Source: a virus. From it: a DNA stretch of 64,000 nucleotides. The translations under genes were made by a program, and so were the position numbers. Below are positions 54,437-63,300 of the stretch, piece by piece. Under the pieces are notes generated by a model. The model made no database searches, had not been told where the DNA came from, and saw only the letters and a list, made by a program, of their open reading frames with translations. Every line of letters begins with the position of its first letter. The first letter of the stretch is position 1. The stretch covers positions 1 to 64,000 of IMG/VR virus record IMGVR_UViG_3300045988_117314; one strand, 5' to 3'.

Positions 54437-54850
54437 TCATTTACCTGCTTTAACTTCAGACGCCTGGGCTGTTGTTGTCGGAACACAACAATCCATTAAT
54501 CTTAACACGCCACGAACTTTATTGAAGTACAGAAGGCGTTCTGTGCCATTTACCATAGCAGCACCCGTGACAGCTACGTTAATAGGGTTCACGACATTCA
54601 CTCCCGTAACCGGGCAACAGGTGTCGGCTCCTACTGTTGAAACTGTGCTGTTTGCCGGGACCGCAATCTGTACCGGTAGAGCACTTCCGGCTGTGGGGAC
54701 TACTTGCCTTATCTTAAGAAGGATAAGACCCTCACACGGAAGGGCGATCCAAGCCCGTGGGTTAATACCGAAGACTGTATTTGTCGTACTGACAATAACA
54801 TTCTTCGTAACCATCTCATACAACGATCCTATTTTAGAAACACAAGCCAT
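54437..54850 (-). CDS. small Val/Thr-rich protein with CC doublets (CCPVTG, DCCVPTT)
   Basis: ATG 54850; beta-rich composition. No confident family assignment. Confidence 0.5.
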   Translation of the reverse strand: MACVSKIGSLYEMVTKNVIVSTTNTVFGINPRAWIALPCEGLILLKIRQVVPTAGSALPVQIAVPANSTVSTVGADTCCPVTGVNVVNPINVAVTGAAMVNGTERLLYFNKVRGVLRLMDCCVPTTTAQASEVKAGK

Positions 54851-54873
54851 ATTAGCCTCCTTTCTTAATAAAA

Positions 54874-55881
54874 TCAGACAGCAGCGTTGTTATTGCAACA
54901 TCCGTTGTTACATCCGCATCCGTTATTACAGCAACCTCCTCCGAATACCTGTCCCCAAGTATAAGCCTGGTAAGGAGAACAAGAGGGGTAGGCCGGGACG
55001 GCCGTCGGGCGTAATTGACCAACGATATTCTGGGTTTGTTGCTGAGATAATGCCGAAGCTGTCAAAGCCGCTTTTTCTTCACGAAGTTGAGCAATAGTGT
55101 TCTGCATTTCCCTCATTTCCAACTGACAGAATTTGTCGTTGATCATAACGGTTTGGGCGTCAAGTTTCGCAGACAAGATATTGAATTGGCTTGTAGCTTG
55201 CTCACGATTGTTAGCCAGACCTTGGTTGAGACCGTTCTGCAAGACATTGGTTTGTTCCAACGTGCGAAGCTGGTTATCAAAACCTTGCTGAGTAATCATT
55301 CCCTGAGTCTGGCAAGTGCTTTGATTGATCAACGAACTCAGATTGCAGCAGCAAGAGCTGATTTGATTTCCTATTTCACAACCTTGTTGTTGAACTGCGT
55401 TGATAACAGCCTGAGAAGTCATACCTACCTGACCAGCTACTTTATCAATAGCACCCTGTACGTTGCAGATAGCGTTCTGAAGTTGAGTAGTAGAACAGTT
55501 CAAAGCAGAAGCAATCTGATCTATGGCGCTACGATTACCTTGAATTGCCTGCATCAAAAGTTCACGACCGTAATCGTTATTCAACTGAGCCGGCAAACCA
55601 TTGGCACAACAATCACCGCCATTTCCAAAACCGTTACCGAAGCCGCGTCCACCCCACAGCCAGAACAAAACAATTATCCAGAGCCACCAACCGTTAGCCC
55701 CACCGAAACCGTCCTGGTTGTTACGACCGTTCATCAAAGCCGCCACCAGATTCGGATCCATTTTATTACCACCTATCAAATTAGCAAACATGCCGGGAAT
55801 CATTGAAAGAAGACCGTTAGTGGCTGCACCACCACCGTTAGCCCCGGCTCCATCTAAAAGGACGATTTTATCACCACCCAT
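54874..55881 (-). CDS. Gly-rich N-terminus, Trp-rich TM helix, Gln/Asn-rich coiled region, Cys-rich C-terminus (GGGCCNNGCGCNNGCCNN) membrane protein
   Basis: ORF 54874..55938. Start is probably ATG 55881 (MGGDKIV...) or ATG 55938. TM segment WWLWIIVLFWLW. Confidence 0.55.
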   Translation of the reverse strand: MGGDKIVLLDGAGANGGGAATNGLLSMIPGMFANLIGGNKMDPNLVAALMNGRNNQDGFGGANGWWLWIIVLFWLWGGRGFGNGFGNGGDCCANGLPAQLNNDYGRELLMQAIQGNRSAIDQIASALNCSTTQLQNAICNVQGAIDKVAGQVGMTSQAVINAVQQQGCEIGNQISSCCCNLSSLINQSTCQTQGMITQQGFDNQLRTLEQTNVLQNGLNQGLANNREQATSQFNILSAKLDAQTVMINDKFCQLEMREMQNTIAQLREEKAALTASALSQQQTQNIVGQLRPTAVPAYPSCSPYQAYTWGQVFGGGCCNNGCGCNNGCCNNNAAV

Positions 55882-56003
55882 AATTTTATAGTATTTAATT
55901 GTTAAACATATGTGCATGAAGCACGTAACAAAGATCATGATTGCAGGGTGGAATATGGGTGTGTTTATTTCCTATAGAAGAGAAGTATTTTCAGAAAAAT
56001 AAG

Positions 56004-56039
56004 AAGAGATGAGTAAATATCACCATAGACTCATCTCTT
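56004..56039 (-). terminator. 11-bp perfect hairpin AAGAGATGAGT/ACTCATCTCTT (14-nt loop) followed on the - strand by a U-rich tract
   Basis: Directly downstream of - gene 56064..56717. On the - strand the hairpin is followed by CUUAUUUUUCUG. Confidence 0.5.
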
Positions 56040-56063
56040 AATCACTTTTTATTGTAATAAAAT

Positions 56064-56717
56064 TCAAGCCATGTCACACAACTTGAATTTATATTTATCA
56101 ATTATATCATTCAAATCGCAATCTGATAAGTTGAACCATTCTCTGTATATCCCTTTGATATCAAATCTTGCATGAAGCTCGCTCTCTATATCTTTATTCA
56201 CATAAGCTATTAATGTTAAGTTATCTTCTACAATAGACAACCCAGATAGCCTTCTTTTTACATCAGAGCTTTTACCTATTTTATAAAAACCATTATTATT
56301 ATTTCTTATTATATATGTAAAATATTTTATACATTTTTTATTATACCTATCGATAGATCTATGTATTATATCTAATACCCGATCGTCATTTTTAATATTA
56401 CAACAATCAAATATATCATAAATAAAATCTTTAAATAAAGATCTATCACACTTCATATAGATGATACACAGAATCGATTTGGGGAATAAATAATAGTCAT
56501 GCCTAAATACATGACTATTATTATCTATTATTTGTTCTCCATTATTATCATATCTATATGATATATAATCTATTCCATCCTTAAAATTAAAAGATGATAT
56601 TACATCCTTAATCCAATGTTTAAAATCATACTTACATTCTAACAATTTATGAACATGTTTTGCGTCAATCATTTTTCTGTCGTTTATTAACACAAAAGGA
56701 ATACAAGTATTATCCAT
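56064..56717 (-). CDS. KilA-N-like N-terminal domain fused to T5orf172 (GIY-YIG-like) C-terminal domain; homing-endonuclease-like selfish gene candidate
   Basis: C-terminus GFYKIGKSSDVKRRLSGL...ELHARF...REWFNL matches the T5orf172 signature (YKIG.T.d...Rl..L). Very AT-rich codon usage. Flanked by ~700 bp of non-coding DNA. Confidence 0.6.
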   Translation of the reverse strand: MDNTCIPFVLINDRKMIDAKHVHKLLECKYDFKHWIKDVISSFNFKDGIDYISYRYDNNGEQIIDNNSHVFRHDYYLFPKSILCIIYMKCDRSLFKDFIYDIFDCCNIKNDDRVLDIIHRSIDRYNKKCIKYFTYIIRNNNNGFYKIGKSSDVKRRLSGLSIVEDNLTLIAYVNKDIESELHARFDIKGIYREWFNLSDCDLNDIIDKYKFKLCDMA

Positions 56718-57004
56718 AATAAAAAAAATAGGCCCAAAAGAGAATGTCAGATCCCACTATGACAAACCCTAATGAGCCAAAAATATCTTTCAACATCAAA
56801 CAACCAGAGGTGGGATCTCGTTGTTCATTGTTTCTGGAACAAAGATAGGAACAGGATTTTAAATAACAAATATTTTAATACTTTTTAAAACAAACCAGGG
56901 CCCGCATCACTGCGAACCCTGATCTACACTAATCTAAACTAATACCATGAAAAACTTAAATCTAAAAACTAAAGAACACACAAATGTATGAAAATGTATG
57001 CTTT

Positions 57005-57202
57005 TCACAAAGAATCTGTATCCTGTTCTTTTGTGTGATTCAAGACATGGGATATAGTTCTGATACTTAATCCGGTTTGATTTTGTATCAGATTATAAAT
57101 ATAGGATTTTGAAACTACAGTTCTTAATTGACCTAAATCATTCATAATGTTTTTATACATAAGATGAATGCTGTTGTTACGTTTGATGGTACTGATTCTC
57201 AT
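57005..57202 (-). CDS. small HTH DNA-binding protein candidate (65 aa)
   Basis: TGLSIRTISHVLNH resembles the LacI-type HTH recognition helix (aGVS.aTVSRVLN). ATG 57202. Sits within the AT-rich island. Confidence 0.35.
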   Translation of the reverse strand: MRISTIKRNNSIHLMYKNIMNDLGQLRTVVSKSYIYNLIQNQTGLSIRTISHVLNHTKEQDTDSL

Positions 57203-57356
57203 TTCCTACTGTTATTAGTTACGTTCGGTTCTTACTTTTTCCTTATTTCCATAATCCCTTCCTGAAACTAATATTGCAAACTTAACAAAAATAATTCATA
57301 AACAATGAAAATCTAACTTTTCTTGTATGTTATTGATATACGTGCATATATAAGAA

Positions 57357-57383
57357 AAGTGAGACTTTCACAAGCCTCACTTC
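57357..57383 (-). terminator. hairpin AAGTGAG-(12-nt loop)-CTCACTT followed on the - strand by CUUUUCUUAUAUAUG
   Basis: 7-bp inverted repeat 40 nt downstream of the stop of - gene 57425..59680. Confidence 0.45.
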
Positions 57384-57424
57384 CCAAATTATAACTATGA
57401 AAAAACTATATATATATACAAAAA

Positions 57425-59680
57425 TTACCTGCATTCCAATTTGTTAAGATCATCCAATTCAGACTTGCTTACGGTCATGTCTTGCGTCAAGCCAGATCTG
57501 TTTTGGTATGGAGCGTAATCGGTTTCTACCGTCTTAGCCTTCTGAGTAGAATCGTATTTCACCTCCGATTCGGTTCCTGTCAGATTTTGGTAGATAGAGC
57601 CGGAACTACTTTCGCCGACTTTAGTAAACACTATATCCCCTATTCTGATAAAATTATCATACAAACCTTCTACGATAACATTATCATCCTGCTTAGTTAT
57701 GTTATGATCCCGAACCTCATTTAAGAGATTAGGATGTTTCGTAAAAAGATCGTGATAGAAATCAGAACCGGCATATAACATATCATAATAATCCAAATAG
57801 AACAGATCTGTAAAAGAAGGATCGGTACTGCTCATGCTATACTCAAATAACTGCTCACGATCATTACCTGACAAAGATAGTTCAATTTGTTTTAACGTAT
57901 CCGGATCTGAAACGGTAAGACCCAGTAAATGATCCGGTTTGAAATCAAGATACTTGTATGCCCCTTCATACACTTCTGTATTATGAAGCTTATTTTCAAG
58001 ATAAGATTGGTATAAATCGAATAAGAGTAAAGGATTCTCTTTGTCCTGCTTTCTGTTTATGTATCGGCTAAACTCCCGTTCTTCATTAACATACGGGCTT
58101 CCGGGAACAACAAGATGACCGAATGCCAGTCTGGTAGCATTCATCTCTTCCGTATTCTGAGAATCGGTATAAGACAGGACGTATTTTTTAATAGAATCAG
58201 CAAGGGCCTTACTATCTACGTTTTTCACGCGGAGCTTATCTAAAACACCATCTTTAAAACAATATTCAGGATAGATACCAGGTGGGAAATAAGTTAGACT
58301 CTGCTTGGCAAGCTCGGCAGCCATATCGTACAAATCACTTAAATTATCTCTTTCTACCTTATGATATAGGTTTCCACCAAGATAAAGCAGAGAATGATTT
58401 TCAAATGCCGATACCGGATCTATGTCAGATTCCATATAAACGATATTCATATTATCCATATACTCTGGCAGAAACATAACACGGCTATCCCTGCTATCTC
58501 CAAGAACATCATCAATAGCAGAAGCTAAGGTAGGAGCATAAGTGTCATCGTTGTGCCTTGCTACATAAATATCGAGATCCAACATCAAGCTATCAATTTT
58601 ATTCAGCGATTCTTCTGTTCCGTCGTATGCTTTAGACGCCCCTGCGATATCTATACCAAGACCCACACAAGCCTCTTCTACGTCCCATATCATACTTCTA
58701 AGGTCTTCTTCTGTATCAGCATTAACCCTATTTAGAAAGGCTGATATACGAGCCCGTAATGACTCAGCATTAATAGGGCTATAATAAGCATAATCTTGCA
58801 ACTTTGACAATGACCGTCTCTTCCCTTCTACGATATTATTATCTTCTAAAGCCACAACCGGAACGATGTTCATATTCGAAAATTCGTTGAACATCGACAA
58901 GACAAAACTCTTATCCGACTGATATCTTTCAACTAACTCCGGATATGAATCAGATAAAGATTCGAAAGCAGCATCAAACTCTGAAGCAACACTAATACCT
59001 CCTACTGTATTTTTTATAGCCTCGTAAACTTCAGCCGGATTGTATGATGCTCTCTTTCCTAATTTATTGAAGACGCCATTTTTATACACAACAGGACCGT
59101 ATGGTTTTTCTACGGTTGTGAAGTAAGACTCTTTCCCGAGATCGTGTTCGTTATTAGAATAGTCTAATAATAGCCTCATAAAAGAGCTGACCTCATTAAG
59201 TACAGAAGGATTATCTAATATCCTACTTATTTCCGTCTCATTATACAAACCGGATCTCCTTAGATTTTCTTCATTTAGGATAAGATTGCCATCCACATAA
59301 AAAGAGCTTCTAACTCTATTAATAAGAGATCGTATGCTATATATGGAATTGGATATCATAACATCTCTTACGTCCTTAACATCCTGAGCCGTTAAAGGAT
59401 CGGAAAAATAAGCCTGACGCTTCATATACGACAGCACGTCTTCTAAAAGAGGTTCGCCATTGGGATCGGTATTAAACATCTCCCCTGGAGCCGGGTTATT
59501 CCAATGACCATAATACGACAAAAAATCAGAAGTGTAAGCCTTAGCCCATACCTGAAGAGCCCGCTCGCTATTTCCTAATAATTTTAAGGCACTTTCGTAA
59601 AGAACGGAAGGCTCACCGTTAGGAGCCTCGACCCGTTCTATTTTATTTTCCTTCTTTTCTATCTGACATTTGACACCCAT
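57425..59680 (-). CDS. large protein (751 aa), probable virion/structural protein; function unknown
   Basis: ATG 59680 (MGVKCQ...). The ORF-track start at 59701 is TTG. Asp/Glu/Tyr-rich. Confidence 0.7.
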   Translation of the reverse strand: MGVKCQIEKKENKIERVEAPNGEPSVLYESALKLLGNSERALQVWAKAYTSDFLSYYGHWNNPAPGEMFNTDPNGEPLLEDVLSYMKRQAYFSDPLTAQDVKDVRDVMISNSIYSIRSLINRVRSSFYVDGNLILNEENLRRSGLYNETEISRILDNPSVLNEVSSFMRLLLDYSNNEHDLGKESYFTTVEKPYGPVVYKNGVFNKLGKRASYNPAEVYEAIKNTVGGISVASEFDAAFESLSDSYPELVERYQSDKSFVLSMFNEFSNMNIVPVVALEDNNIVEGKRRSLSKLQDYAYYSPINAESLRARISAFLNRVNADTEEDLRSMIWDVEEACVGLGIDIAGASKAYDGTEESLNKIDSLMLDLDIYVARHNDDTYAPTLASAIDDVLGDSRDSRVMFLPEYMDNMNIVYMESDIDPVSAFENHSLLYLGGNLYHKVERDNLSDLYDMAAELAKQSLTYFPPGIYPEYCFKDGVLDKLRVKNVDSKALADSIKKYVLSYTDSQNTEEMNATRLAFGHLVVPGSPYVNEEREFSRYINRKQDKENPLLLFDLYQSYLENKLHNTEVYEGAYKYLDFKPDHLLGLTVSDPDTLKQIELSLSGNDREQLFEYSMSSTDPSFTDLFYLDYYDMLYAGSDFYHDLFTKHPNLLNEVRDHNITKQDDNVIVEGLYDNFIRIGDIVFTKVGESSSGSIYQNLTGTESEVKYDSTQKAKTVETDYAPYQNRSGLTQDMTVSKSELDDLNKLECR

Positions 59681-59722
59681 AGTGATAAATATTTTGGACA
59701 AAGGTACTATAAAAAATATAAA

Positions 59723-60300
59723 TTATGAAACTTCTATTTCATAATGCGAAGCCTCTGTCTCAACTATCAATCTTCCCTCTCCTTCGAACTCAACGCTATC
59801 ATTTCCTGGACCAGTAACAAAAGGAAAATCAGATACGGATGTTACATAATCTCTATCACCACCAGAAAAAGACTGACTTTTGCTTTGTTTGTAATTGATA
59901 GTCAATTGTGTTTTACCTATCTGAAGAATCCCAGATAAATTTTTAATATAAGTGGTGGTAGTTGTAATATCCCCATTTTTATAGCAATACATTATAAAGG
60001 TAGTAACCGGACTCTTTTTTATATTACTATCCGGACCTGCATGATAAGATTCATTTCCTCCAAATATGCTATAAATGTGACAATAAGGACCGACTCTTTT
60101 ACTTGAAGTTTTAGCCTTATCCTCGACTCCTTTCAAAGATATAGTAACCTTACTCTTGTATTCAATATCCTTCCAATTACAGACTCCTTCACTTACGTTT
60201 CCAACAAACCTGTCATCAACATAAACCTCTATATCCCCCTGCTGATTGGTCTTCAACTGATACTGAACAAGATTTGAAACATCTTCGTATCTCCTTCTCA
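59723..60300 (-). CDS. beta-rich hypothetical protein (192 aa)
   Basis: ATG 60300 (MRRRYED...); the ORF-track start at 60310 is GTG. Confidence 0.5.
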
Positions 60301-60303
60301 TAC

Positions 60304-63300
60304 TCAACACTCCTTATTTAACTCATTTATCGAATCCGAATTATCAGAACCTTCTACGAGATTCTTATTCCTATCTATCTCTTCCTGGCTCATATTACTC
60401 ATCATATTTTGTATTTTTCTACCAGATTGAGATAAAGAGCGGATGAATGCACTGGAACTTATCTTAACTCCAAGATCCGGTTTTGCCCTAAACGCTTCAC
60501 CGGTACTGATATTATACAAATCATACACACCTGAGTTCATATAGAATTTATATATCCAGTTTCCACCAGCTTTTTTGTACCCTAATTTGGTTAACTCGAC
60601 TACACTCATACCAAATTTAATGCCATTACGACCCATTATCTTCTCTGGTATAGGTTCTACCTTAGCCGGAACAGATGTATATGCTTCATCACCGCCGTAC
60701 AGGAAATAAGGAGATGTTACCCTTGATATGTGAGTAAGCGGTTCTTCGGATATACGAGGTTCGTCTTTTTCTATTTCTCCTTTTGTAGATCCAGGTAATT
60801 CGACATTTCCTTCAACTTCGACATTTGTTCTGGATTGTCCTTTGCCTTCTCCATCTCCCTTTTTATCGCCATCTTCCTCAGTGCGTACTGCACCGCCTTC
60901 TGCACTTCCTTCTTTTCCATCATTTAAAATATTATCTGATTCTGACTCTATAGACTCCACGACAGCATCATACTCTGGTATGCCGCTAAGGAAATCTGCT
61001 ACGTTATTCAAAAACTCTATTTTTTCCTCGTTTGTCATATCAAGGCTTTCCACGGGCCTCCATATGGCAGGCAAGTTGTTTGATTTTATTGCAGTAGAAA
61101 CATCTTCTACAGTTTTATTATCCACCGTAGGCAAAACTTTAGAAACCAAACTATTGATATCAGATTCCATTTTTTCTACTTCCTCTTTTGTGCCATATTC
61201 TTTTAGGGTATCCATGCCATTGACTCTAAGAGAATAATTTAAAGCCTTACTTGGAACAAAATTAATATATTTCAAAAAGTTTTTCAACTCTGATATAATT
61301 TGTTCGTCAGATCTTGGACCAACATAATCAACCACCACCTGATCTGTTTGAGAACGAAGCCAAGAAACATATTCTTCTAAGGTCTTACCTCCCTTTTTAG
61401 AAGGAGTGGATATTTTATCACCTACTGTTCCTTTAGGTTCTAATCCCATTTCTTCCTTAAGGCTTTTAGGATTACCTCTCTCACGAAGAAACCTCAAATC
61501 ACCTCCTACAATCTTCCTTGCTATAAAATCAAAAATATTAGCATAAGACGGCAATCCTTCTTTTTCTATATGAGATTCTATTTCGTTTAACATAAGAGAG
61601 AAGTTTTTCCTGGAGGTACGCTTCTTGCCAGGTAAAGACTGCGTAGCTTGTGCCGCAGGAGCCGGCTGGGCTGGTGGCGCCGGCCGAGTCCCCCGGACAG
61701 GGTCTTCCTCTGGCATTTCATCTTCGTAAATATCCACATCTTCCTTGGAAGTAACGGTCTTACCCTCATCGGAGAAAGGGAGATCATCTTCTATAAGTGA
61801 TTTAGGTCTGGAAGATGATTTACCAAACTGAATCCTGATCTTAGGAGCGACAAACATCTCACCTTCGAAATCTATTCCAGATTCTACTTCAGACGTCACA
61901 ATGTCTTTCACATTCCTGCTTTCATCTTCTACCCACTTAACAACATCAGGAACCGTAGATAATTTTTCTATAGCCTCACGAGCTTTTCTAAGCCCTGAAA
62001 TAGGATTCAAATACGATACTTGATACGAAGCCGGATCAAGACCTAACTTGGTTAGATACGCATTAAGATCTTGTATGTCATCTTGACCCATCTGTAGCAA
62101 TTCAGAATCACCAGATTCAAGCAGCATATCTATAAAAGACATCCATTTCTGCCCTTCCTCTGATTCTACAGAACGTAGGCTAACTGGGAAAAGATAATTA
62201 AGACCGTTTTTACCTTTGATGACGACTACCGGAACTCTTACATTTTTGTAATTATTCCCCTTGTCATTTAATATAGAATAAGCAAATGGGAAGCCTGTGT
62301 ATTTAGATCCGTTCTTAAGCACGACTTTGCCATTTAATACATATCCAACATCAGATACTTTTTCAGCACCTTTTTCGGTAATAGGGAGATTTTCTATCTG
62401 GCCATATCCTTGACCGTTCACCTTCATGTTAAACACCGGTCTTCCGGGAAGGGTCTGGGCAACAACATGCGTGCCGACGCCGATGGTAGCCGACCGGCCG
62501 GCGTCCTTCTTCCACTTGTTAAAAGCCGTTCTTCTTATTTTACTTATACCATCTATGCCTCCTGTATCAGCTTTTACAACAGAAACGAATCTGTTCCCAC
62601 TCATGACCTTGATAACCATATTGGACACCAGTTTATTCTCAGCAGATTCTATTCTTTTTTTATCGCCGGACTGAACAGCATCATTGTATTCGGCAAAAAG
62701 AGACTGATTATAAGTATCATTTACATCTATTTCGAGATTAACCTTATCTCCTTTTTTCAAAGAAGATAATGCTTCCTGATCTATTTTATCTACCTCATTC
62801 TCTCCGAATCCGACACCCGTTCTGTACGGAACCAATTCATCTGAATCAAGACGCTTATAAACCAAAGAATAGGAATTACCCACGTCCTGAATAGACACGT
62901 CTGTGTAACGGTTAAGAACACGAGCCGATTCTTTGTCTATAGACCATCTCGCATGATAAGGCAGTTCAATTATAGTAGCCGTTTCTCCACCTATGTTAAG
63001 AGAATACCTTTTAGTACCATTAGCGTTCGTTTCAGAGCTTATTTGAATAGGAACCAATGATTTTATAGAAGATATAAATTTATCGGCTCTAAGACCCGCA
63101 ATTTCATACCTTTCGTTGCCATCGTTGGATATTCTTCTAACCATCAACGTCTCTGGATTTTGGGCACTATCTATGTTAGCTCCAGGCGTATTATCGGATT
63201 CATCTAACTCATTTACAAGAGAATCTATATTGGTATCATCCTCCCCAAAATTACTTAACGTAGATTCGGAAATACGACCTTTATCAATAATCCTGTTTTG

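Noticed and set aside
54437-54850. The 137-aa CC-containing Val/Thr-rich protein as a DUF3992/Ena-like spore-appendage-type protein.
   Set aside because: The resemblance is compositional only. A recalled Ena sequence does not align convincingly. Left as hypothetical.
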